DNA of 64,000 nucleotides from assembly GCA_965206695.1 (NCBI GenBank), contig CBDBKM010000011.1:32001-96000 (forward strand), given 5' to 3'. Positions 1 to 12,313 of this stretch are shown in pieces (within the stretch, counting starts at the first letter, position 1; the number at the start of each line of letters is the position of its first letter). The stretch comes from Chlamydiales bacterium (GTDB lineage Bacteria > Chlamydiota > Chlamydiia > Chlamydiales > JAAZZY01). Position numbers and translations under genes: made by a program. A model generated the notes under the pieces. It was given only the letters and a program-made list of their open reading frames with translations. It was not told the origin of the DNA and searched no databases.

Positions 1-2
1 GG

Positions 3-1340
3 CAAACAGTAGGTTTTGTAATCTCCGAGGAAATTGTTTCTCTATTAAATGAGGAACTTAATCGTTTTTTAAAAGAGAAGCTTAAAAGTACAGATTCATT
101 AACTTTGAATGAAATCATACAATTTTCAATCATTCATCAGAGTAATGAAAAGGGAAATAATAATTTTCGTGCTTCTAAAGCTAAATTTGATAGCGCAATT
201 GAATTTTCTATTTTAGACTATCTCCTCTCCGATTCAATAGCGACAGAAGCATTGAAGGAGGTGTTAGAAAAGTTTAGAGATTACTTTATCTTACAAGAAG
301 ATGATCAACCTTTTAAACAATTTAGTAGCCCTTCTAAAGAATTAAAAAAAGAAGAGGTTATCGACCAACTCTTCCGAAGTTTTCACAAAAAAACCGAACT
401 TATAAGCGCCTTTTTAAAACCAATACCCGATGCCCTCTTTAAAGAAAGTAATCAAAGAGAATTTCATAAAAAACTAATGGAAACCTTACCCTCTTATTTA
501 CTTCAAAAAGATACATCATATCAATTTGAAGTAGAAACAGAAAAAGAAACTGAAGTTGAGATGCAAACAGAAGTAAACAAAGAAGAAGCATTTGATTTTG
601 GACACGATTGTGTAAATCTGGATCATTTCTTATGGAAAAAAGAATTTTCCGATCAGACTCCCCCTTTTCCCGATTTTTTAACAGCCTCACCTACTCTATC
701 ATTTGATAGCAACTCTCCTTTTTTAACAAAGATAAGTGTAAAAGACCTCCTAAGGAAACACCGAATGTTTTTTAAATACCGGCCAATATTTGATTCTAAC
801 CTGGCTGCAACCCAAAATATTATTCCGGTAACATCAAACGAAATAGATATGATTTTTCATCCCTTTTCTTTTGAGATGCGTTCTTCAAACCATGCTCTGA
901 TTATCCAAGAAGAGGGTTCCGATACCATTGATTGGATTATGTTAGATGAAAAAAATGCTGCTATTTTGAAAGATTCCTCGTCAAAAGAAATAACAAGGCC
1001 CGGTCGAGATAACCCAAATGTTAAACCGTATAAAATAGCTCTTTATCATTTACATTTAGATGAATTTTCTAAAAGAGGGGACAATAGTTCTTACATTCTT
1101 GATGTCGATCAATTAAGGCTACATCCTAAATTTCTTACACTCAAAGTTCAAATGCAATTTTTCAATGGACATACAATCTATACGGATAAAGAAGCCGAAG
1201 CCTTAAAAGTATGGATTAAAGAAAAAGGTCTTGATGCCGTAAGATCTTTCTTTGAAAAGGAAATTTTACCTAATAAAGACTATAATGCTAAGCATTATAA
1301 GACCAGTACACTTTACCAACTTTTTCAAACCTTTGAGTAA
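3..1340 (+). CDS. C-terminal part of a large hypothetical protein (5' end lies outside the window)
   Basis: The frame of the 105..1340 ORF is open back to base 3; no motif recognised with certainty. Confidence 0.75.
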   Translation, partial: QTVGFVISEEIVSLLNEELNRFLKEKLKSTDSLTLNEIIQFSIIHQSNEKGNNNFRASKAKFDSAIEFSILDYLLSDSIATEALKEVLEKFRDYFILQEDDQPFKQFSSPSKELKKEEVIDQLFRSFHKKTELISAFLKPIPDALFKESNQREFHKKLMETLPSYLLQKDTSYQFEVETEKETEVEMQTEVNKEEAFDFGHDCVNLDHFLWKKEFSDQTPPFPDFLTASPTLSFDSNSPFLTKISVKDLLRKHRMFFKYRPIFDSNLAATQNIIPVTSNEIDMIFHPFSFEMRSSNHALIIQEEGSDTIDWIMLDEKNAAILKDSSSKEITRPGRDNPNVKPYKIALYHLHLDEFSKRGDNSSYILDVDQLRLHPKFLTLKVQMQFFNGHTIYTDKEAEALKVWIKEKGLDAVRSFFEKEILPNKDYNAKHYKTSTLYQLFQTFE

Positions 1341-1494
1341 AAACTAAATAGGTTAATATACGCTTAATGCTTTTTTTTATATAACTTATGCTCTTTCTTC
1401 TAAGATTTTTTTCGCAATTTCCGATAAGGCACACCAATGGGTTAAAAGTTTCTCTTCTTCCATCACTTCAGCTTCAAAATAATCCGCTCCTATA

Positions 1495-3232
1495 TATAGT
1501 GAATTAAATTTTATTTTTCATTTTATTCATGTAAAATATCCGGATGACATATTCACTTGATTTAAGAAAACAAGCTTTAAAATATATTAAAAATGTGGGA
1601 ACACGAAAAGAGGCAAGTGTCATTTTTTCAGTTACGACTCGCACTTTATTAAACAGGCTTTCTCGAGAAAGACTGCAGATCTTAGCACCGAACAAAAGAC
1701 GTCCTAGCCTAAGTAAAATTGATAATCATAAACTTAAGCAATATCTTCAAAAATATCCGGATGGCTATCTTAGAGAAATTGCTCAAGAATCGGATGTTAC
1801 GATACCGGCTATTTTTTATGCCTGTAAACGTTTGAAACTAACCTTAAAAAAAGATCCCGTTCTACAAAGAAAGAGATGAAAAAAAACGACAAGAGTTTCA
1901 AGAAACACTAAAAAATATTCCCATGAAAAATCGTTTTTATGTAGATGAGAGCGGGATTAATAAATATTTAAGAAGGGAACATGTGATACTAAGTTATTTA
2001 ATCTATGAGTGAAAGATTTTCTTATTCCGGAACTTAAACCCGGTCAAGTTGTTATTATGGATAATGCAACTTTTCATAAATCTAAATATTCGCAACAACT
2101 TATAGAACAAGCAGGTTGTCACATTCTATTTCTTCCTCCCTATTCACCGGATTTAAACCCAATAGAAATTTTTTGGGCTAATTTTAAAAAACAGGTTCAA
2201 AAAAATAGGGAATGATTCATAAATTTAGCCCAAGCAATTGATTTTTCTTTTCTAACTATAGTATTTTAATTTTTATTTGATAATATGTTATCCTTCTTTT
2301 TTTATACAAACAGTAAGGACAAAACAATGCCTAGAGCCTATTCAGTAGATCTTCGAGAGAAAGTATTACAACATATAGAAAAACATCATGATAAAAAAAC
2401 AGCCGGCCATATTTTTCAAGTAGGTATCGCAACAATATATCGATGGATCTTGCAAAAAAAGCAAAAAGGACATTTAAAGCCAATCCGCAGAAAATATGCT
2501 TATAAGAAATTAGATGATGAGTTGTTATCTAAATATGTAGAAAAACATCCGGATTATTTTTTATCGGAAATTGCTCATTATTTTTCAGTCACTCCGCAAA
2601 CGATTTTTTATGCCCTTAAAAGATTAAAAATTACACGAAAAAAAAAACTACTCGCTATAAGGAAAGAGATGAAAAGAAACGGGAAGCTTTTATGAAAGAT
2701 TTAAAAAATATTCCCTTTGACAAGAGAATTTATCTCGATGAAACCGGGATTCATCAATTTTTATTTCGTGAGTCCGGAAGAAGCTTACGCGGCAAAAGAG
2801 TTTTTGGAGCGGTTTCAGGAAACCGCTTTATAAGGCAAAATATTATTTCAGCCCTATCTAAAGGGCAGTTTTTATCTCCAATGTGTTTTGAAGGTACTTG
2901 TAATACCGGGTTATTCAATATTTGGCTTAAGGAAGTTTTGACTCCTCAGCTTACACCCGGTAGTGTTCTTATTCTTGACAATGCCGGTTTTCACAAGTCA
3001 GCGGAAAGCAGGAAAACAGTAGAATCTGCCGGTTGTAAGCTTATGTTTCTTCCTCCATATTCTCCGGACTTAAATCCTATAGAAAAATATTGGGCTAATA
3101 TGAAAAATAAAGTTAGAGAGATATTACGAAAAGTTACGAATTTTACATTCGCCATTGATCAAGCAATCTTATCAATGTAAAATTAAATGACTATAATGGG
3201 TATTTATGAAAAATAAAATTTAATTCACTATA
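1495..3232 (+). mobile_element. IS630-family element (type E), degenerate, with an IS630-A copy nested in its right end
   Basis: TIRs TATAGTGAATTAAATTTTATTTTTCAT / ATGAAAAATAAAATTTAATTCACTATA; HTH ORF 1544-1879 (MTYSLDLR); DDE remnant 2009-2215 (MDNATFH, LPPYSPDLNPIE) with internal deletion. Confidence 0.9.
2257..3195 (+). mobile_element. IS630-A copy 1 (orfA 2285-2695, orfB 2692-3180, A10 slippery tract)
   Basis: Ends TATAGTATTTTAATTTT / AAAATTAAATGACTATA, TA target, DNAGFH and PPYSPDLNPIE motifs; near-identical to four other copies. Confidence 0.95.
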
Positions 3233-3249
3233 GTCAAGGCCAATGTACT

Positions 3250-3600
3250 TAATAGGTGAATCAGCCAAAGCTTGCTGTATATCGTTTAGGTTATGCAGTT
3301 GATCATCAATAAAAATCACCGGAAGAGGAGCATGATTGATCTTTTTTAAAAAAGCTTTTAAAACAAAATGCTTTTAGAATTACTTATCCCATTGGTAAAT
3401 AAGATGTCTTTACCATACCTTGGATAACTATTAAAGTCGGATTCTAAATAATCAAAAAGAATATGTTCGATAGATGAAAAAGCTTGTAAAAAATCAATCC
3501 CAAGACGCAATAATTCTTGGACTCTAAAATTTGCAATGTCTCTATTATCACCAATATCTCCAATAATGGTGCAGAGTCTTTTGATTAAAATTTCTTTACA
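3250..3600 (-). pseudogene. Fragment of a HAD-like/DUF2608-like chlamydial protein
   Basis: Broken minus-strand peptides KDILFTNG and VIFIDD; family assignment is tentative. Confidence 0.3.
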
Positions 3601-3619
3601 CAGAACTGTTCTAAAAGTT

Positions 3620-4060
3620 CCGGCATATAATCATCGTCTCAACCAACATTCCTTCGCCTTTCTGCAAGGATCATTTTTCTGCTAATATTCTGTTGTAATA
3701 TATTAAAGAGCTAGTCTTCTGAAAAAAGCTAAATTTTCAGCTGCATGACCCGTATCATTAATAACAGCATCTTCAGAGAAGGTCACATCAAGAATCCAAT
3801 GATCAACTTCAACACTTCAATGGGAACGGATAATTTTTCCTAAGCGTTCGGGAGAAATCGTTTTTCTTCTGAAGTATTTTCACCTACGCTCCTTTTAGAA
3901 AAAACTTCTATAATCGCTTTTATTCCGATCCGGTCCTGTTGTTGTTTTAACCAAGAAAGGTTATACTTTTCTTGCTTCAATCCTTCCATGCCTTTTGTCA
4001 TAATCTATACAACAGTTAAACCCCTTAATTTTATCATTTGCTCTAAGATCTTTTACCTTA
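3620..4060 (-). pseudogene. ISAs1-family transposase remnant
   Basis: Minus strand DKRHGRIE and IRSH*SVEVDHWILDVTFSED...HAAENLAFFRRLAL match ISAs1 motifs; stops and frameshifts. Confidence 0.8.
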
Positions 4061-4365
4061 TTAAAAGCCTGTTGGATCGATATTCTAAATTCTTGAATAT
4101 CAATTTCTTTTTCAATATCATCATATTTTCTCTACTTTCACTTTTTCCTCCAAAATAATTTCTTAAAAAAGAAAACAGGATATGATTTTTTTTATCAAAT
4201 CTTTTTAATCAAAAGACCCTATAAAAACCTCCCCCTCCTTAGAAATTGATAAGCTTGATTTAAAAATATGACATCCTAACTTTCTTTGAGCTGCTTTTTA
4301 GACATATCAAATATTTATCTTTTATTTTATGATTCTTTTTTAAGAGATTTTTAGGAGATATATAA

Positions 4366-4614
4366 GTGAATAAAAAATTTAACCTCGCTCTTTATTATAA
4401 ACCCGGATGCCCTTTTTGTTTTAAAGTTTTAGAATGCTTGAAAGCATTAAAGAAAGAGATTCCCTTGAAAAGTGTATTCGATACCGAAGTCAAACAAGAA
4501 TATCATAATAAAGCACCAAAAACGCAAGTCCCTTGCCTTATGATCGATAACAAACCTCTTTATGAATCCGATGCGATCGTAAAATGGCTAACAAAACACC
4601 AAAAAAATCTGTAA
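4366..4614 (+). CDS. Glutaredoxin-like protein
   Basis: CPFC active site, TQVPCL and YESDAIV motifs; AGGAG RBS upstream of GTG. Confidence 0.85.
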   Translation: MNKKFNLALYYKPGCPFCFKVLECLKALKKEIPLKSVFDTEVKQEYHNKAPKTQVPCLMIDNKPLYESDAIVKWLTKHQKNL

Positions 4615-4616
4615 CA

Positions 4617-5877
4617 ATGCATATACCTTTAGCAGAAACACTCCGACCAAAACAATTTACTGAAATAGTAGGTCAAGAACATCTTACCGGTAAAGAGGGA
4701 TTTTTAACCCGTATTGTACATCATAAAAAACCCCCTTTCCATTTTGCTTTGGGGTCCTCCGGGGTCCGGTAAAACAAGCATAGCACGTCTTTATGCCAAA
4801 TCTTTCAATTTAGAATTTATCACATTAAGTGCTGTCTTCAGTAGTATCACAGATATTAAAAAGATTTTAGCTGAGCACTCAAGCCAACCTCTGTTTAATA
4901 AAGGGTTTGTGATGTTTATCGATGAAATCCATCGTTTTAACAAAGCACAACAAGATGCTTTTCTCCCTTTTATGGAAAATGGTTCTTTAATTTTGGTAGG
5001 AGCGACAACTGAGAACCCTTCTTTTTCTTTAAATAATGCTCTTTTATCACGCCTAAGAGTTCTAATTTTAAATTCGCTTACTTATGAACCTACGAGACGT
5101 ATTCTTAATCTGTACGAATCTTCTTTTGAACCCCTTCCTCTTTCGGATGAAGCTAGAGATTATCTTATTAGTATTTCCGGTGGAGATGGACGTTACCTAT
5201 TAAACATGGTTGAAAATCTTCAAAATATTCCTAAAACAGACTCTATCATCGATTTAAACAAGATAAAAAAGGAATTACAAAAAAAGTCTGCTCTTTTTGA
5301 TAAACATAATGATCACCATTATAATTTAATTTCTGCTTTGCATAAAAGCGTGAGAGGATCAGATCCAAATGCAGCTCTCTATTGGTTTTCTCGTACACTC
5401 GAAGGTGGAGAAGACCCTCTTTTTATTGCAAGAAGGCTGATTCGTATGGCATCAGAAGACATTGGATTAGCTGATCCGGAAGCGCTTAAAATAACGATTG
5501 CAGCTCGTGATGCTTTTCAAATGCCGGGATCTCCTGAAGGACACCTTGCCTTAGCCGAGGCTGTTGTTTATCTCGCTTTAGCAAAAAGCAATGCCTTATA
5601 CGCAGCTTTTGCAGAGGCCCGAACATCAGCTAAAAACACATCTCATCTCAATCCTCCCGCTACTATTTTAAATGCACCTACACAATTAATAAAAAATTTA
5701 GGATATGCGAAAGGATATAAATACGATCATAATTGCCCTCATTCTTTTTCAGGTCAAAGTTATTTTCCTGATGATCCGGAACGGGAATCCTACTATTTTC
5801 CCAAACCGGTAGGGTTTGAAAGAGAAATGGCAAAACGCAACGACTATTTTTCTAAGTTCAGAGAAAAATCGGAATAA
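4617..5877 (+). pseudogene. rarA: Replication-associated recombination protein A (RarA/MgsA), frameshifted near 4730
   Basis: PLAETLRP..IVGQEHL in one frame; [35 protein letters not shown] in another; break at AAAAAACCCCC. Confidence 0.85.
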
Positions 5878-5890
5878 ACTAGTTGCCGTT

Positions 5891-7120
5891 TTATGAGCTT
5901 GGTACCCAACCCATAGACAAACAGAGTTGCAAAAATAAAATACAAACCCCTAATAGAACCAATAAATATAAAATAGGCCTGCCGCCCCATGTTCGAAAGG
6001 GACCTTGCATATTTAAATGATAGCGACCTCTATTAACCATTAGAGCAGGTAAGATAATAAAGAGGATCACACAACCGATACTACCCGCGTAATTCAATGC
6101 CGTTAGAAAAGCTCTCGGATAACTAACAGCAAAAATAAGAGGCGGAACAAAAATCAAAGCACATAATAATAATTTTCCATTACCTTTTTTTTCAATTTTA
6201 AAACCATCAGCCATAAAATCAAATAGGCTTAAAATAACACCCAAGAAAGAAGTTACTATCGCACAAAAAGCAAAAATTTCACTAAATGTCGTAATTAATG
6301 GATTATGCAGTAATATTTTAAGTGAATGAGTAGCGGGTTCACCCTGAGCAAGAGCTGATCTTAGACTATTAGAACCGTATTCCGGCACAATGCCCAATAC
6401 GAACCATTCCCAAACCACATAAATAATTAAAGGAAATAAACCGCCTAATAAGATGGCTCCTTTAAGCATTTTCAAATTGCCTTTTAAATAGGTTGTGATA
6501 CTAGGTATGATATTCTGGAAAGTAAAGGACGTCACAATTACCGGTATACCCATTAAACTATACAACCAATTACTTCGAACCAACATCTCATTATGAACAA
6601 AGCTTTTACCTGCAATAATTAATAGAATATAGCCCACAGCAATTCCAACAATAAGAATAAAGTTCGTATTCGCAACCGTTTTTGTTCCGAAATAAACAGA
6701 CGGACCAAAAATCATTAATGAAATGACCACTCCAATCCATTTAGGCAAATTAATACCAAAGATGCTATCAATCATATCCACAATAATTGAACCACTTCCG
6801 GATAAATAGGCAACAGAGACCGAATAGAAAAGAAAAAGATAGGTCGCAAAGGCAACAATTTTAAAAAAACCACCTAAAGTATTTTGTGCCATTGAAATAA
6901 TATTCGCTTCTTTGTCCATCCATAGAACAACTTCCAATATTAAAAAACTCGTATAGGTCATCACAATCCAAGAAATAACGTATAAGATGAGTGCCGGAAC
7001 AAACCCTGCTAATCCGGTTAATACCGGCAAGGCTAACATACCGGCACCTATAGAAGTGCCTGATGCCAATAGGGTCGCCCCTAGAAAACTCGTCACTTTC
7101 GATCGAAATGTAGCTTCCAT
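5891..7120 (-). CDS. tyrP: Aromatic amino acid permease (TyrP/Mtr family)
   Basis: GTSIGAGMLALP N-terminal signature, AIVTSFLGV motif, many TM segments. Confidence 0.85.
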   Translation of the reverse strand: MEATFRSKVTSFLGATLLASGTSIGAGMLALPVLTGLAGFVPALILYVISWIVMTYTSFLILEVVLWMDKEANIISMAQNTLGGFFKIVAFATYLFLFYSVSVAYLSGSGSIIVDMIDSIFGINLPKWIGVVISLMIFGPSVYFGTKTVANTNFILIVGIAVGYILLIIAGKSFVHNEMLVRSNWLYSLMGIPVIVTSFTFQNIIPSITTYLKGNLKMLKGAILLGGLFPLIIYVVWEWFVLGIVPEYGSNSLRSALAQGEPATHSLKILLHNPLITTFSEIFAFCAIVTSFLGVILSLFDFMADGFKIEKKGNGKLLLCALIFVPPLIFAVSYPRAFLTALNYAGSIGCVILFIILPALMVNRGRYHLNMQGPFRTWGGRPILYLLVLLGVCILFLQLCLSMGWVPSS

Positions 7121-7160
7121 TTTTTGATATGCTTTGAGGATTTGTAAGAATGATAACGTT

Positions 7161-7484
7161 TTATGCGGCTTTAATCTTGATATCTACACCGGCAGGCAGT
7201 GTTAACGTTTTAAGAGCATCTACTGTTCTACCGGTAGGATTTAAAATATCCATTAAGCGTTTATGAGTACGAATTTCGAACTGCTCTCGTGATTTTACAT
7301 TTACGTGAGGGGAACGAAGGACAGTATAAATTTCTCTTCGAGTTGGCAAGGGAATAGGACCTACTACTCTAGCGCCTGTTCTTTTTGCTGTTTCAACTAT
7401 ATCTGCTGTAGCTCGATCAAGAATACGCTGATCATATCCTTTTAAGCGAATTCTTATCTTTTGCCTATCTTGCTTCTTTCCCAT
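7161..7484 (-). CDS. rpsJ: 30S ribosomal protein S10
   Basis: [30 protein letters not shown]. Confidence 0.98.
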   Translation of the reverse strand: MGKKQDRQKIRIRLKGYDQRILDRATADIVETAKRTGARVVGPIPLPTRREIYTVLRSPHVNVKSREQFEIRTHKRLMDILNPTGRTVDALKTLTLPAGVDIKIKAA

Positions 7485-7504
7485 AGTTTTCTTTTTTCCT
7501 TCTA

Positions 7505-9592
7505 CTATTTTTTAACAATCTCTTCTTGTATTTTTGCAGGTACACGTTCGAAATGACCGGGTTCCATGGCGTAATTAGCTCTTCCTGAAGATAACGATCT
7601 AAGCTGCGTGGAATAACCAAACATCTCACTAAGGGGAACTTGCGCTTCAATGATCTGTGTCTTTTTAGATGAACTTTGACCCATAATTTTTCCTCTTCGT
7701 CTACTGAGGTCTCCTAAAACATCCCCCATAGATTCTTCAGGAGTTGTAACGTCTACTTTCATGATAGGTTCTAAAAGATAAGGTTTGGCTTTTCTGGCAC
7801 CTTCTTTTACTGCTATTGATCCACAAATTTTAAATGCCATCTCATTAGAATCCACATCGTGATAAGAACCAAATACAATCGATACTTTTACATCGATTAG
7901 ATTATATCCTGCTAAGACGCCGGTATCTAACCCTTCATGAACCCCTTTGATCACTGCCGGAATGTATTCTCTTGGAATAACCCCTCCGACAATCTTACTA
8001 ACAACCTCATTCCCTTTACCTGTTTCATTCGGCTCGATTTCCAAGACAACGTGAGCGTATTGACCACGACCACCACTTTGCTTAACAAATTTTGTTTCTT
8101 GTTTAACAGGATTAGCAATAGATTCTTTATAAGCAACTTGAGGTTTACCAACATTAGCTTCTACATTAAATTCTCTAATCATACGATCACGCAAAATATC
8201 AAGGTGTAATTCACCCATCCCTGCAATAATCGTTTGGCCGGTTTCTTCATCAGTACTCACTCTAAAAGTAGGGTCTTCTTCAGAAAGAGCCGATAATGCA
8301 ACAGAGAGTTTTTCTCTATCCGCTTTTGATTTTGGTTCAATTGCCATGGAAATAACGGGCTCCGGGAACTCCATCTTCTCAAGTAAAAGTGGGGTTCCTT
8401 CGGCGCATAACGTATCTCCTGTACTCGTATTCTTTAAACCAATACAAGCAGCGATATCACCGGTATAAAATGCATCCCTATCTTTTCTTTGATTAGAATG
8501 CATTTCCAATAGACGAGTCACGCGTTCTTTTTTACCTTTCGTCGTATTAATAACGGTTGAACCTTTTGGTAGGGTCCCACTATAGATTCGAATAAAGGTT
8601 AGTCGTCCGACATAAGGATCGGTCATGATTTTAAAAGCTAGGGCCGCTAAAGGCTGATCATCTTTAGGCTCCAGATAAAACGCTTCATCGGTATCTACAT
8701 TAAGTCCTTTGACCTTCCCTCTATCAAGAGGTGAAGGCATCCATCGAATGACAGCGTCTAATAATTGCTGAACTCCTTTGTTTTTAAAAGCTGATCCACA
8801 TAGCACCGGGTTAAATTTGTTGTCACAAACACCTTTTCTTATAACAGCATTAATTTCGTCTTCAGTTAATGTATCCGGTGCTTCTAAAACCTTCATCATA
8901 AAGGATTCGTTGTCTTCATCAATTGTTGCCAGCTCATCAAGAAGTGTTGCACGCATTTCTACGCATTTTTCTTTTAGGTCATCAGGAACATCAGTTACTT
9001 CCCATTCAGCCCCTAATTTCTCATCTTTGAAGATATAAGCTTTCATGATAATCAGATCGACCATACCAACAAATTCAGCTTCAGCTCCAATTGGACAGTG
9101 AACAGGAATAGCATTAGCCCCTAACTTATCTCTCATCGTATGTACCGCATCAAAAAAATCCGCTCCCATACGATCCATTTTATTAACAAAAGCGATGCGG
9201 GGAACACCGTATTTATCAGCTTGACGCCAAACTGTTTCCGATTGAGGCTCTACACCGGAGACACTACAAAAAACAGCCACCGACCCATCTAAAATTCTTA
9301 AAGAACGTTCTACTTCTACTGTGAAATCCACATGTCCGGGAGTATCGATAATGTTGATTTTATGGTGTTTCCAATAGATCGTTGTAGCAGCACTTGTAAT
9401 CGTTATCCCACGTTCTTGCTCTTGTTCCATCCAATCCATTGTAGCTGCACCTTCATGAACTTCTCCAATTTGGTGTACTCGTCCTGTATAATAAAGAATA
9501 CGTTCCGTTGTCGTTGTTTTTCCGGCATCAATGTGGGCCATGATGCCTATATTTCGTACTTTCTCTAAACTGTCCTTATCCGATCTTGGCAT
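7505..9592 (-). CDS. fusA: Elongation factor G
   Basis: [26 protein letters not shown]; 695 aa. Confidence 0.99.
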   Translation of the reverse strand: MPRSDKDSLEKVRNIGIMAHIDAGKTTTTERILYYTGRVHQIGEVHEGAATMDWMEQEQERGITITSAATTIYWKHHKINIIDTPGHVDFTVEVERSLRILDGSVAVFCSVSGVEPQSETVWRQADKYGVPRIAFVNKMDRMGADFFDAVHTMRDKLGANAIPVHCPIGAEAEFVGMVDLIIMKAYIFKDEKLGAEWEVTDVPDDLKEKCVEMRATLLDELATIDEDNESFMMKVLEAPDTLTEDEINAVIRKGVCDNKFNPVLCGSAFKNKGVQQLLDAVIRWMPSPLDRGKVKGLNVDTDEAFYLEPKDDQPLAALAFKIMTDPYVGRLTFIRIYSGTLPKGSTVINTTKGKKERVTRLLEMHSNQRKDRDAFYTGDIAACIGLKNTSTGDTLCAEGTPLLLEKMEFPEPVISMAIEPKSKADREKLSVALSALSEEDPTFRVSTDEETGQTIIAGMGELHLDILRDRMIREFNVEANVGKPQVAYKESIANPVKQETKFVKQSGGRGQYAHVVLEIEPNETGKGNEVVSKIVGGVIPREYIPAVIKGVHEGLDTGVLAGYNLIDVKVSIVFGSYHDVDSNEMAFKICGSIAVKEGARKAKPYLLEPIMKVDVTTPEESMGDVLGDLSRRRGKIMGQSSSKKTQIIEAQVPLSEMFGYSTQLRSLSSGRANYAMEPGHFERVPAKIQEEIVKK

Positions 9593-9610
9593 TTTATCCC
9601 CTTAAAAACA

Positions 9611-10084
9611 TTACCACTTGTAATGAGCAAACGCTTTATTAGCTTCTGCCATGCGATGTGTATCATCTTTTTTCTTAATTGTAGTACCCTGATTGTTATA
9701 ACAATCAGCTAATTCCATTAAAAGTCCTTCTGCCATAGAACGACCGACCTTCTTACGTGCATGTTGAATGATCCATCGCATCGCCAAAGCAGCGCTGCGT
9801 TCAGGTTGAATTTCTATAGGGACTTGATAAGTTGCCCCTCCCATACGCCTGGATTTTACTTCAAGAGTCGGTCTTGCATTTTCCAGCGCCGCTTCAAATG
9901 CTTGTATTGGATCGTCCGCATTCACACGTTTTGCTAATTTTTTTAATGCATCATAAACAATCCGACGAGCAACGGATTTTTTCCCATCTTCCATCACTTT
10001 ATTGATAAATTTGGCAAGTACTAAGTTATCATATAACGGATCGCCATCAATTTTACGTTTTTCTGCTCTATGTCTTCTTGACAT
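9611..10084 (-). CDS. rpsG: 30S ribosomal protein S7
   Basis: GGATYQVP, HRMAEANKAFAHY. Confidence 0.99.
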   Translation of the reverse strand: MSRRHRAEKRKIDGDPLYDNLVLAKFINKVMEDGKKSVARRIVYDALKKLAKRVNADDPIQAFEAALENARPTLEVKSRRMGGATYQVPIEIQPERSAALAMRWIIQHARKKVGRSMAEGLLMELADCYNNQGTTIKKKDDTHRMAEANKAFAHYKW

Positions 10085-10105
10085 GTCTTCTCCTGTTCAC
10101 TTCGT

Positions 10106-10477
10106 TTATTTAGGCCGCTTAGCCCCATATTTAGATCGTCCTTGTTTACGAGATTCTACAGCGGCACAGTCAAGTGCACCTCGAACGATATGATAACGTA
10201 CTCCGGGAAGATCCTTTACTCGACCTCCTCTAACAAGCACAATACTATGTTCCTGCAAGTTGTGACCTTCACCACTAATATATGCGATAACTTCCTGGCC
10301 ATTGGATAAACGAACCCAAGCCACTTTACGTAAAGCCGAATTTGGCTTTTTAGGCGTTTTAGTTTTGACTTGCAAACAAACGCCTCGTCGTTGCGGACAA
10401 TTCGAAAGAGCAGGCGATCGACTGCGTTTTATCTTTGCTTTACGCCCTTGTCTGATCAATTGATTTGTTGTAGGCAT
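10106..10477 (-). CDS. rpsL: 30S ribosomal protein S12
   Basis: [21 protein letters not shown]. Confidence 0.99.
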   Translation of the reverse strand: MPTTNQLIRQGRKAKIKRSRSPALSNCPQRRGVCLQVKTKTPKKPNSALRKVAWVRLSNGQEVIAYISGEGHNLQEHSIVLVRGGRVKDLPGVRYHIVRGALDCAAVESRKQGRSKYGAKRPK

Positions 10478-10582
10478 TGAGCTAGCCTCTCCTTAACATT
10501 TTTTATTCTGAATACATCCTCGCTAACAGCTATTATAGGCATTCTGATGAATGCCAATAACTAAACGAAAATTAAGTGGTAT

Positions 10583-10612
10583 ACTATAACGAAAGAAGTG
10601 AATTATTTGCAA
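10583..10612 (-). promoter_or_regulatory. Putative sigma66 promoter of the rpsL operon
   Basis: TTGCAA-N18-TATAGT about 105 nt upstream of rpsL. Confidence 0.45.
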
Positions 10613-10688
10613 AAAATTTCAAACAATCTAAAAAAATCTTAGAATGAACGAATATAAAATAAAGATTTTATGCGATAATTAAAAAAAA

Positions 10689-11168
10689 TTATTGCTCAAT
10701 AATTGCTTTCGACGGATCTTTCGATGGAGATTCTATTTTCCAAACCTTCCCACCTATGATCGTTCGTAATTGATCTACAGAGATATATTCTCCTCGAGTT
10801 TGATAATTGCCATCCTCTTGAAGTTCATAGACTTCAAAACCTTCAAAACCTAATTCTTTATTTCGAAATTCCCAGGCAATCGTTTTATCATCTATAACCC
10901 CTTTGCCTTCTACTCGCCCTAAACTTTCATTTTCCAATGCAATCGTAAATGCATTAGGTGAAATTTCTGAAAGAATAAATTTATTACTTGTCTTATCAAT
11001 AAGTCCTTCTACTTCTATTTCTTGCGTACAAGTGATCACCGTAGGAGCGTATTCGGAAACTTTCCATCTAGTATAGAATTTGAGCTCATGCCCAAATTCA
11101 TTGAATGTAATAGTACCATCCCCTATCCACTCTTGTGGATTAAAAAGAAACGTATGCTGAACAGTCAA
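10689..11168 (-). CDS. Conserved hypothetical protein (beta-rich)
   Basis: 159-aa ORF overlapping the rodA stop (ATGA coupling). Confidence 0.8.
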   Translation of the reverse strand: MTVQHTFLFNPQEWIGDGTITFNEFGHELKFYTRWKVSEYAPTVITCTQEIEVEGLIDKTSNKFILSEISPNAFTIALENESLGRVEGKGVIDDKTIAWEFRNKELGFEGFEVYELQEDGNYQTRGEYISVDQLRTIIGGKVWKIESPSKDPSKAIIEQ

Positions 11169-12313
11169 AACATAAACCTCCGACTATAAATACTTTGTAA
11201 TATTCCCAATGCTGCCATTGTGGCCACAATGGAGGAGCCCCCATAAGTAACCAAAACAAGTGGCACTCCTGTAATCGGCAATAATCCGCACATCATACCG
11301 ATATTGACTAAGATATGCATCGCCAAATAAACCGCAATTCCTGCAGATAACAACCTACCAAAATGATCCTTAGCAACTACAGTCACTTGAAAACTGAGGT
11401 AAATTAACGCATAAAACAGAAACATTAAAAACACAAGGCCCAAAAAACCAAAATGTTCTCCAAAATTTGAAAACACAGAGTCTGTATGAGAGGCCGGAAG
11501 CCAGCCTCCTCCTGTAAATTCTCCTTTTCGCCATCCTTTCCCGACTAATCCCCCTAAAGCAATAGCAGAAGTGGCCGCTCTTTGGTGATGAGTATTCGGA
11601 TTTAAACGCTCATACTGATAATCTTTAATAACAGAAGTGGCTACCGAACGAAAATTTTCATGGGAAATAACACCTAAAAAGATCATTAATACCAATACCA
11701 GACTAGTTATGCCTATGATTGTCAGAATACGAATAACCGTAGGATGTATGCCCGCAAAATAAAACATCACTAAAGTGATAGGACATAGAACTAATGCTGT
11801 TCCTAAATCGGGCTGTTTTAAAATAAGAAGAAATGGAATAACCGTAATAAGCATCCCTCCAAAAGCTGTTTTTAAAGAACGGCTAACGGTTTTCATCCTC
11901 TCTAAGTACCAGCTTAAGGCAATGACAACAACCAACTTGGCTAATTCTGAGGGTTGAATACTGATATTGACGAAGGGAAGCTTATACCAACGATACACAT
12001 TTTGAATCGGATTAGTAAAAAAAAGACCAACTAGAGCAATAATAAGTAATATATACAGTATCCATGCCCATTCTCTTAACTTATTGTAATCAAATCCGGC
12101 AAAAAAAAGGTATACCACTGAGCCAATACAAAACCATTGCATCTGACTTTTAACCATCGGTGTCAAAAACGCCTCTTCCGTACCGTCAGGGTAACCTGAA
12201 TAAGGAATGATAGAAATGACGACAAGACTCACTCCCATCAATAACAATATAATCGATAGGATACGTAAATCTAAACGTTTTAAATAACGATAATCCCAAA
12301 ACATGAAAAACAA
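11165..12313 (-). CDS. rodA: SEDS family peptidoglycan polymerase RodA
   Basis: IQPSELAK, QPDLGTA, LPASHTD, PITGVPLVLVTYGGSS. Confidence 0.92.
   Translation of the reverse strand: MFFMFWDYRYLKRLDLRILSIILLLMGVSLVVISIIPYSGYPDGTEEAFLTPMVKSQMQWFCIGSVVYLFFAGFDYNKLREWAWILYILLIIALVGLFFTNPIQNVYRWYKLPFVNISIQPSELAKLVVVIALSWYLERMKTVSRSLKTAFGGMLITVIPFLLILKQPDLGTALVLCPITLVMFYFAGIHPTVIRILTIIGITSLVLVLMIFLGVISHENFRSVATSVIKDYQYERLNPNTHHQRAATSAIALGGLVGKGWRKGEFTGGGWLPASHTDSVFSNFGEHFGFLGLVFLMFLFYALIYLSFQVTVVAKDHFGRLLSAGIAVYLAMHILVNIGMMCGLLPITGVPLVLVTYGGSSIVATMAALGILQSIYSRRFMF

Noticed and set aside
7465..10193. Short ORFs overlapping fusA, rpsG and rpsL
   Set aside because: Alternate-frame or antisense shadows of conserved genes
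7161..10477. tuf missing from the str operon and rpsJ detached from the S10 operon
   Set aside because: Normal chlamydial gene order; used only as a taxonomic clue
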